A stretch of 40,619 bases of DNA from an uncultured bacterium (GCA_965602205.1 CBFCYQ010000001.1:1-40619), one strand, 5' to 3'. Shown: positions 9,725-19,751, counted from the first letter of the stretch. Numbers and translations: made by a program. Notes: generated by a model from the sequence alone, not told the origin.

Positions 9725-11031
9725 TGCTGGACACTTTCAAGTCGATCTTCAAGGTTGAAGAGCTCAGAAGACGGATTTTCTTCACTCTGGCTTTGCTGGT
9801 GGTCTACCGTATTGGCGGCCATATCCCGACACCCGGAGTCGACGGGTCACTGATCGCCCAGGCCCTTTCCTCCAACTCCATTTTCGGCCTGCTGGACCTT
9901 TTTGCCGGCGGCGCCTTCGCCAAGGCGACCATCTTCGCCCTGGGAATTATGCCGTACATATCAGCCTCCATTATGTTGCAGTTGCTGGGCGCGGTGGTGC
10001 CGTACCTGCAGCGGCTGCAGCGCGAGGGTGAAGAAGGCCGGCGCAAGATTACGCAGTATACGCGGTATTTGACGGTATTGATCGCGGCCCTTCAGGCCTG
10101 GGGCACGGCGGGCTTCCTGACGACCATCAATTTCAACGGCGTTCAGGCCGTCCACATGAACACCACCGGCTTCATGGTGCTGACTATCCTGACGTTCACG
10201 TGCGGGTGTATTTTCATCATGTGGCTCGGTGAGCAGATTACCGAGCGTGGAATCGGCAACGGCATCTCGCTGATCATCTTCATCGGTATTATCGCGCGCT
10301 TCCCGGATGCCGTCATCGGGGAAGTCCAGTTGCTCTGGCACGGCAGCCGCAGTTTTGTCACCGAGGTGGCCATGGTGAGTATGATGATCCTGGTGATCGC
10401 GGCCGTTATCCTGGTGACGAGAGCGCAGCGCAAGATTCCGGTGCAGTATCCCCGCAAGGTTGTCGGCAGGAAAGTGTTCGGCGGACAGGCAACGCACTTG
10501 CCGTTGTCGGTCAACTCGGCCGGTGTTATCCCCATCATTTTTGCCCAGTCGATCATGTTTCTGCCCTCGACGGCGGCCCAGCTTTTTCCCAACACGGACT
10601 GGGTGCAGAACCTGGTGGCGGTATGGTTGGCTCCCGGGGGAGCGTGGTATTCGATAGTCTACGGTTTGATAATCGTATTCTTTGCTTATTTCTATACGGC
10701 CATTGTGTTTAACCCTATGGAAATCGCGGACAACATGCGTCGCAACGGCGGCTATATCCCCGGTATCAGGCCCGGAAAGAACACGTCTGAATACGTGGAG
10801 AAGATTCTGACCCGGATCACTTTGCCGGGTGCGATTTTCTTTGCTATGATAGCCATTCTGCCGTGGATTCTCATCAGCCGCGCCAATGTCCAGTTCTTTT
10901 TCGGCGGCACGGGTCTGCTGATTGTCGTGGGTGTTGCCCTCGATACGCTGCAGCAGATAGAATCGCACCTTTTGATGCGCCACTATGAGGGTTTCATGAA
11001 AAAGGGCAAAATCCGCGGGAGGGCCTGGTAG
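9724..11031 (+). CDS. secY: preprotein translocase subunit SecY
   Basis: 435 aa with a GTG start, a 10-TM profile, and SecY motifs (RI.FTL..L.VYR.G..IP.PG, LGIMPYI.ASI..QLL, GEQITE.GIGNGISLIIF.GI). Confidence 0.98.
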   Translation: MLDTFKSIFKVEELRRRIFFTLALLVVYRIGGHIPTPGVDGSLIAQALSSNSIFGLLDLFAGGAFAKATIFALGIMPYISASIMLQLLGAVVPYLQRLQREGEEGRRKITQYTRYLTVLIAALQAWGTAGFLTTINFNGVQAVHMNTTGFMVLTILTFTCGCIFIMWLGEQITERGIGNGISLIIFIGIIARFPDAVIGEVQLLWHGSRSFVTEVAMVSMMILVIAAVILVTRAQRKIPVQYPRKVVGRKVFGGQATHLPLSVNSAGVIPIIFAQSIMFLPSTAAQLFPNTDWVQNLVAVWLAPGGAWYSIVYGLIIVFFAYFYTAIVFNPMEIADNMRRNGGYIPGIRPGKNTSEYVEKILTRITLPGAIFFAMIAILPWILISRANVQFFFGGTGLLIVVGVALDTLQQIESHLLMRHYEGFMKKGKIRGRAW

Positions 11032-11033
11032 CG

Positions 11034-11678
11034 ATGAACCTGCTTTTTCTCGGCCCGCCGGGGTCCGGCAAAGGGACACAGGCTGTTCGCTTGTCGGAGC
11101 AGATGGGGATGATACATCTGTCCACCGGTGACATTCTCCGCGAGGCGGTGAAAAACAGCACGGAACTGGGGAAGCAGGCCGAAGGGTTCATGAAGCGGGG
11201 TGAGCTGGTTCCCGATGATATCATGATCGGCTTGATTGAAGACCGGCTCGGTAACGGTGGTATGAGTAATGGTTTTATACTGGACGGTTTCCCGCGGACG
11301 CTGCCGCAGGCGGAGAGTCTCCGGGGGATGTTCGGGCGACATGATGTCGGCCTTGACAGGGCCGTCCTGTTCAAAGTTTCGGATGACGAGATAGTCAAAC
11401 GGCTGTCCGGGCGCTGGTATTGCCCTCAGTGTAAGGCCGGTTACAACTACCCGGCGGCGGTCCCCAGAGTAGAGGGACAATGCGATCACGATGGCGCGGC
11501 GTTGCTGCGGCGACCTGACGATGACGAGGCCGTGGTCAGAAACCGCCTCGAGGTCTACAAGAAGCAAACGCAGCCTATCGAGGATTTTTATCGCGAGGAA
11601 TCGATCCTGACGGTGGTTGAGGCCGAGCAGACTCCCGAGAACGTTTACCGGGGTCTGCTGGTGGCAATCGGTCGGTAG
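11034..11678 (+). CDS. adk: adenylate kinase (Cys3-Asp zinc-lid type)
   Basis: 214 aa with the P-loop LGPPGSGKGTQA, DGFPRT, and the lid CPQC...CDHDG. Confidence 0.97.
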   Translation: MNLLFLGPPGSGKGTQAVRLSEQMGMIHLSTGDILREAVKNSTELGKQAEGFMKRGELVPDDIMIGLIEDRLGNGGMSNGFILDGFPRTLPQAESLRGMFGRHDVGLDRAVLFKVSDDEIVKRLSGRWYCPQCKAGYNYPAAVPRVEGQCDHDGAALLRRPDDDEAVVRNRLEVYKKQTQPIEDFYREESILTVVEAEQTPENVYRGLLVAIGR

Positions 11679-11690
11679 GAATTTTATAGA

Positions 11691-12437
11691 GTGATAGAGC
11701 TAAAGACCAAAAGCGAAATTGGGATTATGCGCAAGGCCGGTCAGCTGGTCGCGTTGACACTGGATATGGTTACGGAGAGGATTAAGGACGGGATGACGAC
11801 CAAGGAGTTGGACCTTTTGATCGAGGATTTCATCCGTTCCCACGGCGCCGTACCGGCTTTCAAGGGTTATCAGGGTTTTCCGGCGTCCGCCTGCATTTCT
11901 ATTGACGATGAGGTGGTTCACGGCATACCCAACGAACGCGTAATCCAGGAAGGCGAGATTGTCTCGGTCGACGTCGGCACTATTGTTGACGATTTCTACG
12001 GCGACTCCGCCCGGACTTATGCCATAGGAGAAGTCAGCGACGGGAAGAAGGCCCTGATGTCCAGCACGTTGAAATCGCTCATGGCCGGTATTGACAAGGC
12101 GCGAAAAGGGAATAAATTGGGGGTGGTGTCGGCTGCCGTGCAGGCTGTCGCCGAGGCCGACGGCTACGGCGTTGTCCGCCAACTGGTGGGCCATGGCATC
12201 GGCCGAAAAATGCACGAGGAACCCCAGGTACCGAATTTCGGTTTACCCAGTGACGGGCCTGTGCTGGAAACGGGTATGGTAATAGCTATTGAACCCATGG
12301 TCAATATGGGTACCCACAAAGTCAAGACGATGCCGGACGGTTGGACGGTGGTCACGGCCGACGGGCAGCCATCGGCTCACTTTGAACATACGGTGGCCAT
12401 TTCCGATAACGGTCCGGATATTTTGACGATTGCCTGA
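11691..12437 (+). CDS. map: type I methionine aminopeptidase
   Basis: 248 aa with a GTG start. Contains the metal-ligand context VHGIP, VSVDVG...DGYYGDS-like [13 protein letters not shown]...HE.P and AIEPM, and takes the usual position after adk. Confidence 0.96.
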   Translation: MIELKTKSEIGIMRKAGQLVALTLDMVTERIKDGMTTKELDLLIEDFIRSHGAVPAFKGYQGFPASACISIDDEVVHGIPNERVIQEGEIVSVDVGTIVDDFYGDSARTYAIGEVSDGKKALMSSTLKSLMAGIDKARKGNKLGVVSAAVQAVAEADGYGVVRQLVGHGIGRKMHEEPQVPNFGLPSDGPVLETGMVIAIEPMVNMGTHKVKTMPDGWTVVTADGQPSAHFEHTVAISDNGPDILTIA

Positions 12438-12445
12438 AGGAGTTT

Positions 12446-12664
12446 ATGGCGAAGGAAGCGACCATTACGGTAGAGGGCAAGGTTATTGAGCCATTGCCGA
12501 ATGCGATGTTTAAGGTGGAACTGGATAACGGACATGTGGTTTTGGCGCACATCTCGGGCAAGATGAGGATGCATTTCATAAAGATTTTGCCGGGTGATAA
12601 AGTGACCATCGAGTTGTCGCCTTATGATTTGACCCGTGGACGGATAACGTATCGATATAAATAG
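12446..12664 (+). CDS. infA: translation initiation factor IF-1
   Basis: 72 aa. [32 protein letters not shown]...I.ILPGDKV..ELSPYDL.RGRI.YR.K is near-universal IF-1. Confidence 0.98.
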   Translation: MAKEATITVEGKVIEPLPNAMFKVELDNGHVVLAHISGKMRMHFIKILPGDKVTIELSPYDLTRGRITYRYK

Positions 12665-12690
12665 CATTCTTCGATAGATTGGTTGAAGTC

Positions 12691-12807
12691 ATGAAAGTCA
12701 AGACGGCCATAAAAAAGCGTTGCGAGTACTGCAAGATTGTCAAGCGTAAGGGAGTTCTGAGAGTGATTTGTTCGAGGAACCCCAGCCACAAGCAGCGCCA
12801 GGGTTGA
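12691..12807 (+). CDS. rpmJ: 50S ribosomal protein L36
   Basis: Not in the supplied ORF track because it is too short. Hand translation gives [38 protein letters not shown] (38 aa, Cx2C...C..H zinc ribbon). It sits in the expected slot between infA and rpsM, with the TGA stop at 12805-12807. Confidence 0.95.
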   Translation: MKVKTAIKKRCEYCKIVKRKGVLRVICSRNPSHKQRQG

Positions 12808-12839
12808 ACTAAAAGTCTGGTTATTGAAGGAGTATAAAA

Positions 12840-13226
12840 TTGGCTCGTATTGCCGGTGTAGATTTACCGAAAGAGAAGAGAATCGAGATAGGCCTGCGCT
12901 ATATCTTCGGCATTGGCCCCACCCGGGCCAGGGCAATTCTGGATAAGACGGGCGTCAACCCCGATACGCGGGTTAACAAGCTCACCGATGAGGATGTCAC
13001 CAAACTGCGGTCCGTGATCGAGAACGATTATAATGTCGAGGGTGCCCTGCGCGGTGAGATCAACATGAATATCAAGCGGTTGATTGATATCGGTTCTTAC
13101 CGCGGCCTGCGGCATCGCCGGGGTCTGCCGGTGCACGGGCAGCGCACCAAGACCAACGCCCGTACTCGCAAGGGCCCGAGCCGCTCGATCGGCGGGCTGA
13201 AGAGAAAGCCCCCGGGCAAGAAGTAA
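12840..13226 (+). CDS. rpsM: 30S ribosomal protein S13
   Basis: 128 aa with a TTG start after [24 protein letters not shown] and [22 protein letters not shown] match S13. Confidence 0.97.
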   Translation: MARIAGVDLPKEKRIEIGLRYIFGIGPTRARAILDKTGVNPDTRVNKLTDEDVTKLRSVIENDYNVEGALRGEINMNIKRLIDIGSYRGLRHRRGLPVHGQRTKTNARTRKGPSRSIGGLKRKPPGKK

Positions 13227-13251
13227 ACGAAGATTTGTATAGAGGTGTGAT

Positions 13252-13647
13252 TTGGCTGATCCCAAGAAAAAAAGTCGTACCAAGAAAAAATCGCGTAAGG
13301 TGGATGCTTATGGTACCGTTCATATCAAGGCCACCTTCAACAATACGATAATTACCGTTACCGATACCACCGGGAAGACTATCTCGTGGGGCTCGGCCGG
13401 TAAGGTGGGTTTTAAGGGTTCCAAGAAGTCGACGCCGTTTGCGGCTCAGCTGGCTGCCTCGACGGCCGCCAAGGAGGCTATTGACATGGGGCTGCGCCGG
13501 GTCGAGGTCTGGGTGAAAGGACCCGGCTCGGGTCGGGAAGCGGCCATCCGGTCTCTGTCTGCGGCCGGTCTTGAAATCGCGGTAATCAAAGACGTTACCC
13601 CGATTCCTCATAACGGCTGCCGCCCGCCCAAACGTCGTCGCGTTTGA
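13252..13647 (+). CDS. rpsK: 30S ribosomal protein S11
   Basis: 131 aa with a TTG start. [15 protein letters not shown]....W.SAG..GFKGS.KSTP.AAQ and PHNGCRP.K.RRV match S11. Confidence 0.97.
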   Translation: MADPKKKSRTKKKSRKVDAYGTVHIKATFNNTIITVTDTTGKTISWGSAGKVGFKGSKKSTPFAAQLAASTAAKEAIDMGLRRVEVWVKGPGSGREAAIRSLSAAGLEIAVIKDVTPIPHNGCRPPKRRRV

Positions 13648-13685
13648 TGAAGAAGAAAATGTTTTGATCTGTTATAGGAGAATTA

Positions 13686-14315
13686 ATGGCTCGTTATCGT
13701 GACGCCAACTGTAAACTCTGCCGGCGCGAAGGTGAGAAACTCTTTTTGAAGGGCGCCCGCTGTTACACGGATAAGTGTGCTGTTGAGAGAAGACAATATC
13801 CTCCCGGACAGCACGGCCAGAATATCCGCCGCAAGATATCCCCGTATGGTTTGCAGTTGAGGGAGAAGCAGAAGATACGCCGTAATTACGGCATTCTTGA
13901 AAAGCAGTTTCGCAACTATTTCAAGAAAGCTGACCGCAAAGTCGGCATCACCGGTGAGAACCTGTTACAGATGCTCGAGACCAGGCTGGATAATCTGGTC
14001 TACCGGCTCGGTTTTGCGCCTTCGCGGAAGTCGGCCCGCCAGTTGGTCAAGCATCGCCATATCTCCGTCGACGGGCGGATTGTGAACGTACCGTCTTATG
14101 GCGTCAGACCCAGCCAGGTTATCAGGGTTAAGGACAAGTCCAAGAATCTTGACCTGGTTCATTCGGCTCTCAAGGAAGTGGGGCGGGGCGACGAAATCCC
14201 CTGGTTGCGTTTGAACAAGGCGGCCTTAGAAGGTGAGCTGCTGGAAGTGCCCAAGCGCACCGATATTCCTGTAACCTTTAACGAACAGTTGGTGGTGGAG
14301 CTTTACTCGAAGTAA
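13686..14315 (+). CDS. rpsD: 30S ribosomal protein S4
   Basis: 209 aa. MARY....[28 protein letters not shown], plus the S4 RNA-binding domain [25 protein letters not shown]. Confidence 0.98.
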   Translation: MARYRDANCKLCRREGEKLFLKGARCYTDKCAVERRQYPPGQHGQNIRRKISPYGLQLREKQKIRRNYGILEKQFRNYFKKADRKVGITGENLLQMLETRLDNLVYRLGFAPSRKSARQLVKHRHISVDGRIVNVPSYGVRPSQVIRVKDKSKNLDLVHSALKEVGRGDEIPWLRLNKAALEGELLEVPKRTDIPVTFNEQLVVELYSK

Positions 14316-14347
14316 GCGAAGCTCTCTTCGGGAGGTTTTTTTAGCAC

Positions 14348-15334
14348 ATGAAATGGAAACCTTTGACAATGCCAAAAGAGATTGTTGCCGACCAGTCTTC
14401 GGCGACGGATAATTATTCGCGGTTTATCATTGAACCTCTGGAAAGAGGATTCGGGCATACCCTGGGGAACTGCCTACGGAGGGTTCTGCTTTCGCAGATT
14501 CAGGGTGCGGCGGTCGTTTCGATGCGCATCACGGGATGCCTGCACGAATTCGCGACTATTCCCGGTGTCTACGAAGACGTGACGAACATCGTTCTCAACA
14601 TTAAACAGATCCGGGTAAAGATGCACGCCAGCGAGATGCGCAGTCTGTCGCTCAAAGCCAGCCAGAAGGGCAAAATCACGGCCGGTATGTTCGAAAGCGA
14701 CGCTGAAATCGAAATACTGAACCCGGACCTGCACATCTGCGAACTGGTTGACGACATCGATTTTGAGCTTACGATCGACATCGATTCCGGGCGCAGTTAC
14801 GTCGTAGCCGAGCAGAATCAGCGGCCCGACGCCCCGTCCGGAACGGTTTTCGTCGATTCACTCTTTTCTCCGGTGGCCAAGGTTTCGTACCTGGTCGAGA
14901 ACACGCGCGTCGGGCAGAAGACGGATTATGACCGTCTCATAATGGAAATCACTACCGACGGTTCCATTACCCCCGAGGACGCCCTCAGCTACGCCGCCAA
15001 GCTGGTCAAGGATCACCTCCAGTTGTTCATCCACATGGATGAAGAGATAATGGTTGAAGAGGAGCCCGAAGAGGACGAGGAAGTCCTGAAGATACGCACG
15101 CTGCTGAAGACGCGCGTGGACGAGTTGGAGTTGTCGGTCCGTTCGTCGAACTGCCTGCGGGCGGCCAATATTCAGACCATCCAGGATCTGGTTACCAAGA
15201 CCGAGGCGGAGATGCTCAAGTACCGCAACTTCGGTAGGAAGTCGCTCAACGAGATTAACGCGGTGCTCGAATCAATGGACCTTTCATTCGGGATGGATAT
15301 ATCCAAGTTTCTGGAGCCGGAAGGCAACCAATAG
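14348..15334 (+). CDS. rpoA: DNA-directed RNA polymerase subunit alpha
   Basis: 328 aa. N-terminal domain: GFGHTLGN.LRRVLLS...G.AV. C-terminal domain: ELELSVRS.NCL..ANI.T...LV....E.L....NFG.KSL.EI. Confidence 0.98.
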   Translation: MKWKPLTMPKEIVADQSSATDNYSRFIIEPLERGFGHTLGNCLRRVLLSQIQGAAVVSMRITGCLHEFATIPGVYEDVTNIVLNIKQIRVKMHASEMRSLSLKASQKGKITAGMFESDAEIEILNPDLHICELVDDIDFELTIDIDSGRSYVVAEQNQRPDAPSGTVFVDSLFSPVAKVSYLVENTRVGQKTDYDRLIMEITTDGSITPEDALSYAAKLVKDHLQLFIHMDEEIMVEEEPEEDEEVLKIRTLLKTRVDELELSVRSSNCLRAANIQTIQDLVTKTEAEMLKYRNFGRKSLNEINAVLESMDLSFGMDISKFLEPEGNQ

Positions 15335-15349
15335 GATTGAGAGAATAAA

Positions 15350-15802
15350 ATGGGTCATCTGGATAAGGTAAAGAAACTGGGCCGCACGAGATCCCACCGG
15401 GAGGCCATGTTATCCAACATGGCGGTGTCGCTCTTCAAGCATCGTGTTATAAGGACCACCGAGGCCAAGGCCAAAGCATTACGACCGGTTGTCGATCGGC
15501 TTATTTCCACGGCCAAGAAAGACACCCTGGCGGCCAAGCGGCAAGTAGCCCGGACAGTCCACGAGAGGGATGTTTTCAAGAAACTGTTCGCGGAGATCGT
15601 GCCGCAGTTCGAAGGCCGTGAGTCGGGCTTTACCCGCGTGATAAAACTGGGTGTGCGGCGCGGCGACGGCGCGGCGATGTCGGTGGTGGAATTGCTTACG
15701 GAAAAGCCCAAATCCGAATCTGATAAGAAGGACAAAAAGGGCAAGAAGGGCAAACGGTCCGCCAAGAAAACAGCACCCGCGAAAGAGGCCAAAGCCAAGT
15801 AG
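15350..15802 (+). CDS. rplQ: 50S ribosomal protein L17 (with a Lys-rich C-terminal tail)
   Basis: 150 aa. LGR...HR.AML.N......H..I.TT..KAK..RP..D.LI..AK and G.R.GD.A.M...EL are L17. The tail reads KPKSESDKKDKKGKKGKRSAKK... Confidence 0.96.
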   Translation: MGHLDKVKKLGRTRSHREAMLSNMAVSLFKHRVIRTTEAKAKALRPVVDRLISTAKKDTLAAKRQVARTVHERDVFKKLFAEIVPQFEGRESGFTRVIKLGVRRGDGAAMSVVELLTEKPKSESDKKDKKGKKGKRSAKKTAPAKEAKAK

Positions 15803-16256
15803 TCACGCCCTAAAGCAACGCCTTAGATAAATCACATAACGTCCTGTACGGCAGTATCATGGGGCCGTTCATATGATGGACGGTCCTTGCTCTTTTGGCC
15901 AGGAGCACAGGCTCGGCGGCAACCCCCCGGTGCCGAATTCACTGGCCGATTCTCGACCAAAGGCCACTGGCGCCGTCGGTGTCTCCTGCAGACTTGAGTG
16001 CGATGCACTCGATGCGAAAGCCACTACTCGTGATGAAGCGGCAGACCTGACAAGTCTCTTCCGCTGTCCTGCGGCGGCCCGGTCGGGAATGATCGGCGGC
16101 CGATTTCTTTTGCATTTGTCTTGCCATCGCCTTCTCTTCATATTATATAAATCTCGGTGGTATGAACCAAAGCATCAACTCACGCCATAAAATGACTGTA
16201 ACTAATCCTATTAAGATGACAACAAACATCTACAAGACGGTGGGGAAGAGTGGAGT

Positions 16257-16694
16257 ATGACTGAACAACCAAAGCGCAAGGGAATGTCGAAAGGCTGTCT
16301 GCTCGGTTTGATAGCCTTGGCGGTGGTGATAGTCCTGGTGGTTATCGCCGGGATTACTTGTTATGTCAAGAAAGATGAGATTCTGAAATTCGGCGTGGCC
16401 ACGATTGTCACGAGTGTGAAGACGGAACTGGCCAGCAACCCCGTGGAGGGAATAGACACGGTGGCAGTCAACGCCATGGCTGATGCCTTCATCGAGAAGA
16501 CCAACGCTTCGGAGGTGGATCAGGAGAAGATGGCTTTGTTCGGCCAGAGTATCCAGGGCCTGCTGGGCGACAAGGTGTTGGACTCGGCCGAAGTGCTCGA
16601 GTTTATGAAGGCTATCGTGGATTATTACCCGGAGCTTGAAGAGCTAATGCCCGTGCCCGAAGAACCCGCGGCAGATTCGATCACAACTGAGTAA
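16257..16694 (+). CDS. hypothetical membrane-anchored protein (single N-terminal TM, acidic C-terminal domain)
   Basis: 145-aa ORF preceded by GGGGAAGAGTGGAG. It has a hydrophobic segment, CLLGLIALAVVIVLVVIAGITCYV. I recognise no family. Confidence 0.6.
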   Translation: MTEQPKRKGMSKGCLLGLIALAVVIVLVVIAGITCYVKKDEILKFGVATIVTSVKTELASNPVEGIDTVAVNAMADAFIEKTNASEVDQEKMALFGQSIQGLLGDKVLDSAEVLEFMKAIVDYYPELEELMPVPEEPAADSITTE

Positions 16695-16820
16695 GTGACC
16701 GGGTTCGGTGCCGCTCAACTGCGGCCCCGGGAAGCTCCTAATATAACACCTGCTTCCGCACACAGGGAACAGGGAGGCCTGTCGAGTTACCTGTCCCCGG
16801 ATTTGTAGGCGAACATAACA

Positions 16821-17477
16821 ATGGCAGTTATTGCGATTATTGTTTGTTACTTTATAGGTGCCATTCCATTCGGTCTGATAATCGCCCGACTTTATGGCGT
16901 AGCTGATATCCGGTCCCGCGGTTCGGGTAATATCGGCGCCACCAATGTCGGCCGTGTCATTGGCGCAAAAGCCGCCGTGTGGGTATACCTGGGTGATATC
17001 GGCAAGGGGGTAGCGGCGGTCCTTCTGGGGCGCCTGTTTGCAGCCACTTTCGAGCCGGGTTTTTTGAGTCATGATGTTTTTCTCGTGGCTTGTGCCGTGG
17101 CAGCCGTACTGGGCCACGTCTTTCCCGTCTATATCCGGTTCAAGGGAGGTAAGGGAGTCAACACCGGCCTGGGAGTGATGATTACATTGCTGCCGTACGA
17201 GACGCTTCTCGCTTTCGGCATTTTCGTCCTGGTGGTGCTGCTGGCCCGATATGTTTCCCTGGGTTCAGTGCTGGCCGGTATCGGTCTCTTTGCCATCATC
17301 AGTGTCGAGAAGCATGTTCTGGCACGCCCGGTGGCCGATATTTACTTCTACCTGACACTCGCGCTGGCGCTACTGATTATTATCACCCATCGGCAGAATA
17401 TTTCACGTCTGCTGACCGGCAAGGAGAACCGCCTGTCTTTTCACTCTCGTTCAGACGGAGCGAGGTCCAATGGCTGA
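16821..17477 (+). CDS. plsY: glycerol-3-phosphate acyltransferase PlsY
   Basis: 218 aa, polytopic. YF.GAIPFG..IAR..G..D.R..GSGNIGATNV.R and F.GGKGV.T match PlsY. Confidence 0.95.
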   Translation: MAVIAIIVCYFIGAIPFGLIIARLYGVADIRSRGSGNIGATNVGRVIGAKAAVWVYLGDIGKGVAAVLLGRLFAATFEPGFLSHDVFLVACAVAAVLGHVFPVYIRFKGGKGVNTGLGVMITLLPYETLLAFGIFVLVVLLARYVSLGSVLAGIGLFAIISVEKHVLARPVADIYFYLTLALALLIIITHRQNISRLLTGKENRLSFHSRSDGARSNG

Positions 17478-18474
17478 GAGAATCGCTGTGCTGGGGGCCG
17501 GCTCCTGGGGAATGGCCGTGGCCGATCTGCTGGATCGAGGCGGCCACGCCGTTACTCTGTGGGAGTTTGATGAAAGTGAGTTTCGAAAGCTCGTCAAACA
17601 TCGCGGTCAGCCCGACAAGCTGAGCGATTTCCAACTGGCGTCATCGATTGAACTGACCAATGACTTGCAGAGTGCGGTTATGGCAGCGTCGCTGCTGGTG
17701 CTGGTGGTTCCTTCGCAGAGCCTTCGGTCAGCCTTGAGGGGCGTTGGTAAACTGCCGTCCGGCACCGGCGTGGTGAACCTGGCAAAAGGCATTGAAATCA
17801 AAACTCTCAAGCGTATGTCGGAGGTTATGACGGAAGAACTTGGGATTGATCCGCGGCTGGTGGCAACCCTGTCGGGGCCTTCCCACGCTGAGGAGGTGGT
17901 CCGTGGAATGCCGACCGCAGTAGTGGCGGCCGGGGTCTCCCGGGATTTTACCGCAAAACTGCAGGAGATTTTTAGTGATGCTTCCTTCCGGGTGTACCAG
18001 AGTGACGACCTGGTTGGTGTCGAGCTCGGCGGATCGCTGAAGAATATTATTGCTATCGGAGCCGGGATTGCCGAAGGCCTGGGCATGGGGGACAACACCC
18101 TGGGGGCTATTCTGACCAGGGGATTGGCCGAGATCACGCGACTGGGCGTGGCCATGGGGGCGCTGCCCGAGACGTTTGCGGGCCTGTCGGGTATCGGTGA
18201 TTTGATAACCACCTGCGTTTCCCGACACAGCCGAAATCGATTTGTCGGCGACAAGATCGGACGTGGTGAACGTCTCGAGGACATTCTGGCCGGTATGACG
18301 ATGGTGGCCGAAGGGGTGCAAACGACTCGTTCCGGCTACGAACTGGCCAGCCTGTACGAGGTCGAGATGCCGATTACCGATCAGGTATACCGGGTGCTGT
18401 TTGAAGGCAAGGCGCCGGCCGAGGCAGTCGGGCAATTGATGGAGAGAAAGCTGAAACCTGAGATATGGAAATGA
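17470..18474 (+). CDS. gpsA: NAD(P)H-dependent glycerol-3-phosphate dehydrogenase
   Basis: 334 aa. IAVLGAGSWG.A.A, NLAKGIE, GPSHAEEV, LKN.IAI.AGI..GLG.G.N and EGV.T match GpsA. It overlaps plsY by 8 nt, the classic plsY-gpsA pairing. Confidence 0.96.
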   Translation: MAERIAVLGAGSWGMAVADLLDRGGHAVTLWEFDESEFRKLVKHRGQPDKLSDFQLASSIELTNDLQSAVMAASLLVLVVPSQSLRSALRGVGKLPSGTGVVNLAKGIEIKTLKRMSEVMTEELGIDPRLVATLSGPSHAEEVVRGMPTAVVAAGVSRDFTAKLQEIFSDASFRVYQSDDLVGVELGGSLKNIIAIGAGIAEGLGMGDNTLGAILTRGLAEITRLGVAMGALPETFAGLSGIGDLITTCVSRHSRNRFVGDKIGRGERLEDILAGMTMVAEGVQTTRSGYELASLYEVEMPITDQVYRVLFEGKAPAEAVGQLMERKLKPEIWK

Positions 18475-18500
18475 CTTTATTGACATAAGAGGGGCGGATC

Positions 18501-18854
18501 ATGGGAAAGAGTACCACCAACGAAGAAAAGCTGTATTATTCCATTAGCGAGGTTTCCCGGATTACCGGCCTGGAGCCGTATGTCTTGCGCTACTGGGAGA
18601 AAGAGTTCCCCCTGCTCAAGCCAAAGAAGAATCGTGGGGGCAACCGGATCTATACCAGCCGTGATATCGACGTTATCAACCAGATCAACCACCTTCGCTC
18701 CAAGGAGAAGTTGACTATAGCCGGCGCCCGGACCCGGCTGATGATGAGGAAGACCGGCGAGGGCAAGAAAAACCTGATGGCCTCCGCAAAGGTCAGGACC
18801 CTGATCGGGCAGATTAAAAAGGACGTTGAGCACCTGCTCAAACTTTTCTCTTGA
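18501..18854 (+). CDS. MerR-family helix-turn-helix transcriptional regulator
   Basis: 117 aa. YYSISEVSRITGLEPYVLRYWEKEFPLLKPKKNRGGNRIYTSRDIDVINQI..L is a MerR-type wHTH. Confidence 0.85.
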   Translation: MGKSTTNEEKLYYSISEVSRITGLEPYVLRYWEKEFPLLKPKKNRGGNRIYTSRDIDVINQINHLRSKEKLTIAGARTRLMMRKTGEGKKNLMASAKVRTLIGQIKKDVEHLLKLFS

Positions 18855-18909
18855 GTTTTCGGGGTTTTTGTCTAACTTGGGTTGTCGTAAGACACTGACG
18901 GTATATAGT

Positions 18910-18987
18910 CGGAGCGTAGCGCAGCCTGGTTAGCGCACTCGCTTGGGGTGCGAGAGGTCGGCCGTTCAAATCGGCTCGCTCCGACCA
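18910..18987 (+). tRNA. tRNA-Pro (anticodon GGG), 3' CCA encoded
   Basis: Hand-folded cloverleaf. Acceptor CGGAGCG/CGCTCCG, D arm GCGC/GCGC, anticodon arm CTCGC-TTGGGGT-GCGAG (G37), T arm GGCCG-TTCAAAT-CGGCT, discriminator A, then CCA. Confidence 0.9.
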
Positions 18988-18991
18988 TTTG

Positions 18992-19010
18992 GGCCTTCGG
19001 GCCGTTTTTT
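18992..19010 (+). terminator. putative intrinsic terminator after tRNA-Pro(GGG)
   Basis: GGCC-TTCG-GGCC mini-hairpin (UUCG tetraloop) followed by GTTTTTTG. The stem is short. Confidence 0.45.
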
Positions 19011-19070
19011 GTACAGGGTGACCGCCGGCGGCAACGGTGTTGTTTTCGGTGACCTTTCCGTCCTGGGAAA

Positions 19071-19751
19071 ATGACGACAATCAATCAATATTCAACCCTG
19101 GTGCTGGTCCCGGCTTACAACGCCGCGGGCCACCTGGTGGAACTTGTCGCGCGGCTCCGGCGATTCGTCTGCGATGAACACCTCCTTTTTGTCGATGACG
19201 GCTCGACTGACGGCAGCCGAGAAGTCCTGGAGAAAGAGGGCGTACGATTCATCTCTTTCGAGCACAACCGCGGTAAAGGCGCGGCCCTGAAGGTCGGGTT
19301 TGACTATGCCCTCGGCAGGGGCTACCGGTCGGTGCTTACGATCGACGCCGATCTGCAGCATTTGCCCGAGGAGATTCCTCCCTTTTATGGCCTGGACAAT
19401 GGCCGCCGGCTCGTTATCGGGACGCGGCGGATGACACTTAAAATTATGCCCTTTGACCGCTGGCTGACCAACAACCTTACCTCGCTGATAATCTCGGTTT
19501 TTTCTTCGCAGAGAATCCGCGACAGCCAGTCCGGGTATCGCCTTATCCCGGCCGAAGTGCTTCGAGCGATTCCGCTCCGGACGGTCAGGTACGACTTTGA
19601 ATCGGAGATGCTGTTCAAGGCCGGCGCCGTGGGCTGCTATGTCGCCGAGGTGCCGATCAGCACTGTTTACGAAGGATCCCGTTCCTATATCAATCCTCTG
19701 GTGGACACGGGTCGCTTTATTCGTCAGATCTGGAAACGGATATGGGCGTGA
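19071..19751 (+). CDS. family 2 glycosyltransferase (polyprenol-phosphate sugar transferase-like)
   Basis: 226 aa with the GT-A signatures LVPAYNAA, VDDGSTDGS, NRGKG.A and DADLQH (DxD). Confidence 0.88.
   Translation: MTTINQYSTLVLVPAYNAAGHLVELVARLRRFVCDEHLLFVDDGSTDGSREVLEKEGVRFISFEHNRGKGAALKVGFDYALGRGYRSVLTIDADLQHLPEEIPPFYGLDNGRRLVIGTRRMTLKIMPFDRWLTNNLTSLIISVFSSQRIRDSQSGYRLIPAEVLRAIPLRTVRYDFESEMLFKAGAVGCYVAEVPISTVYEGSRSYINPLVDTGRFIRQIWKRIWA

Noticed and set aside
9961-11079. 372-aa - strand ORF opposite secY. Similar long antisense ORFs occur at 25695-26804, 35193-36185, 37219-38310 and 38437-39294.
   Set aside because: Each is fully contained in, and antisense to, a confidently identified + strand gene (secY, GH57, the sigma-54 activator, the LTA-synthase-like gene, sbcD) and lacks any family signature.
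15925-16050. Cobalamin-riboswitch-like motifs (GGTGCCGAATTC, GCCACTGG, AGACCTG).
   Set aside because: There is no intact B12 box (AGYCMGGAGACCKGCC-like) and I could not build the conserved P1-P6 pairing by hand. The next gene is ~200 nt away and has no obvious B12-related function. This is too weak to call without a covariance-model search.
15873-16190. 105-aa + ORF and an overlapping 90-aa - ORF in the spacer after rplQ.
   Set aside because: The two are mutually exclusive, have no Shine-Dalgarno, and have unprotein-like composition. I treat the region as non-coding (see the finding on this spacer).
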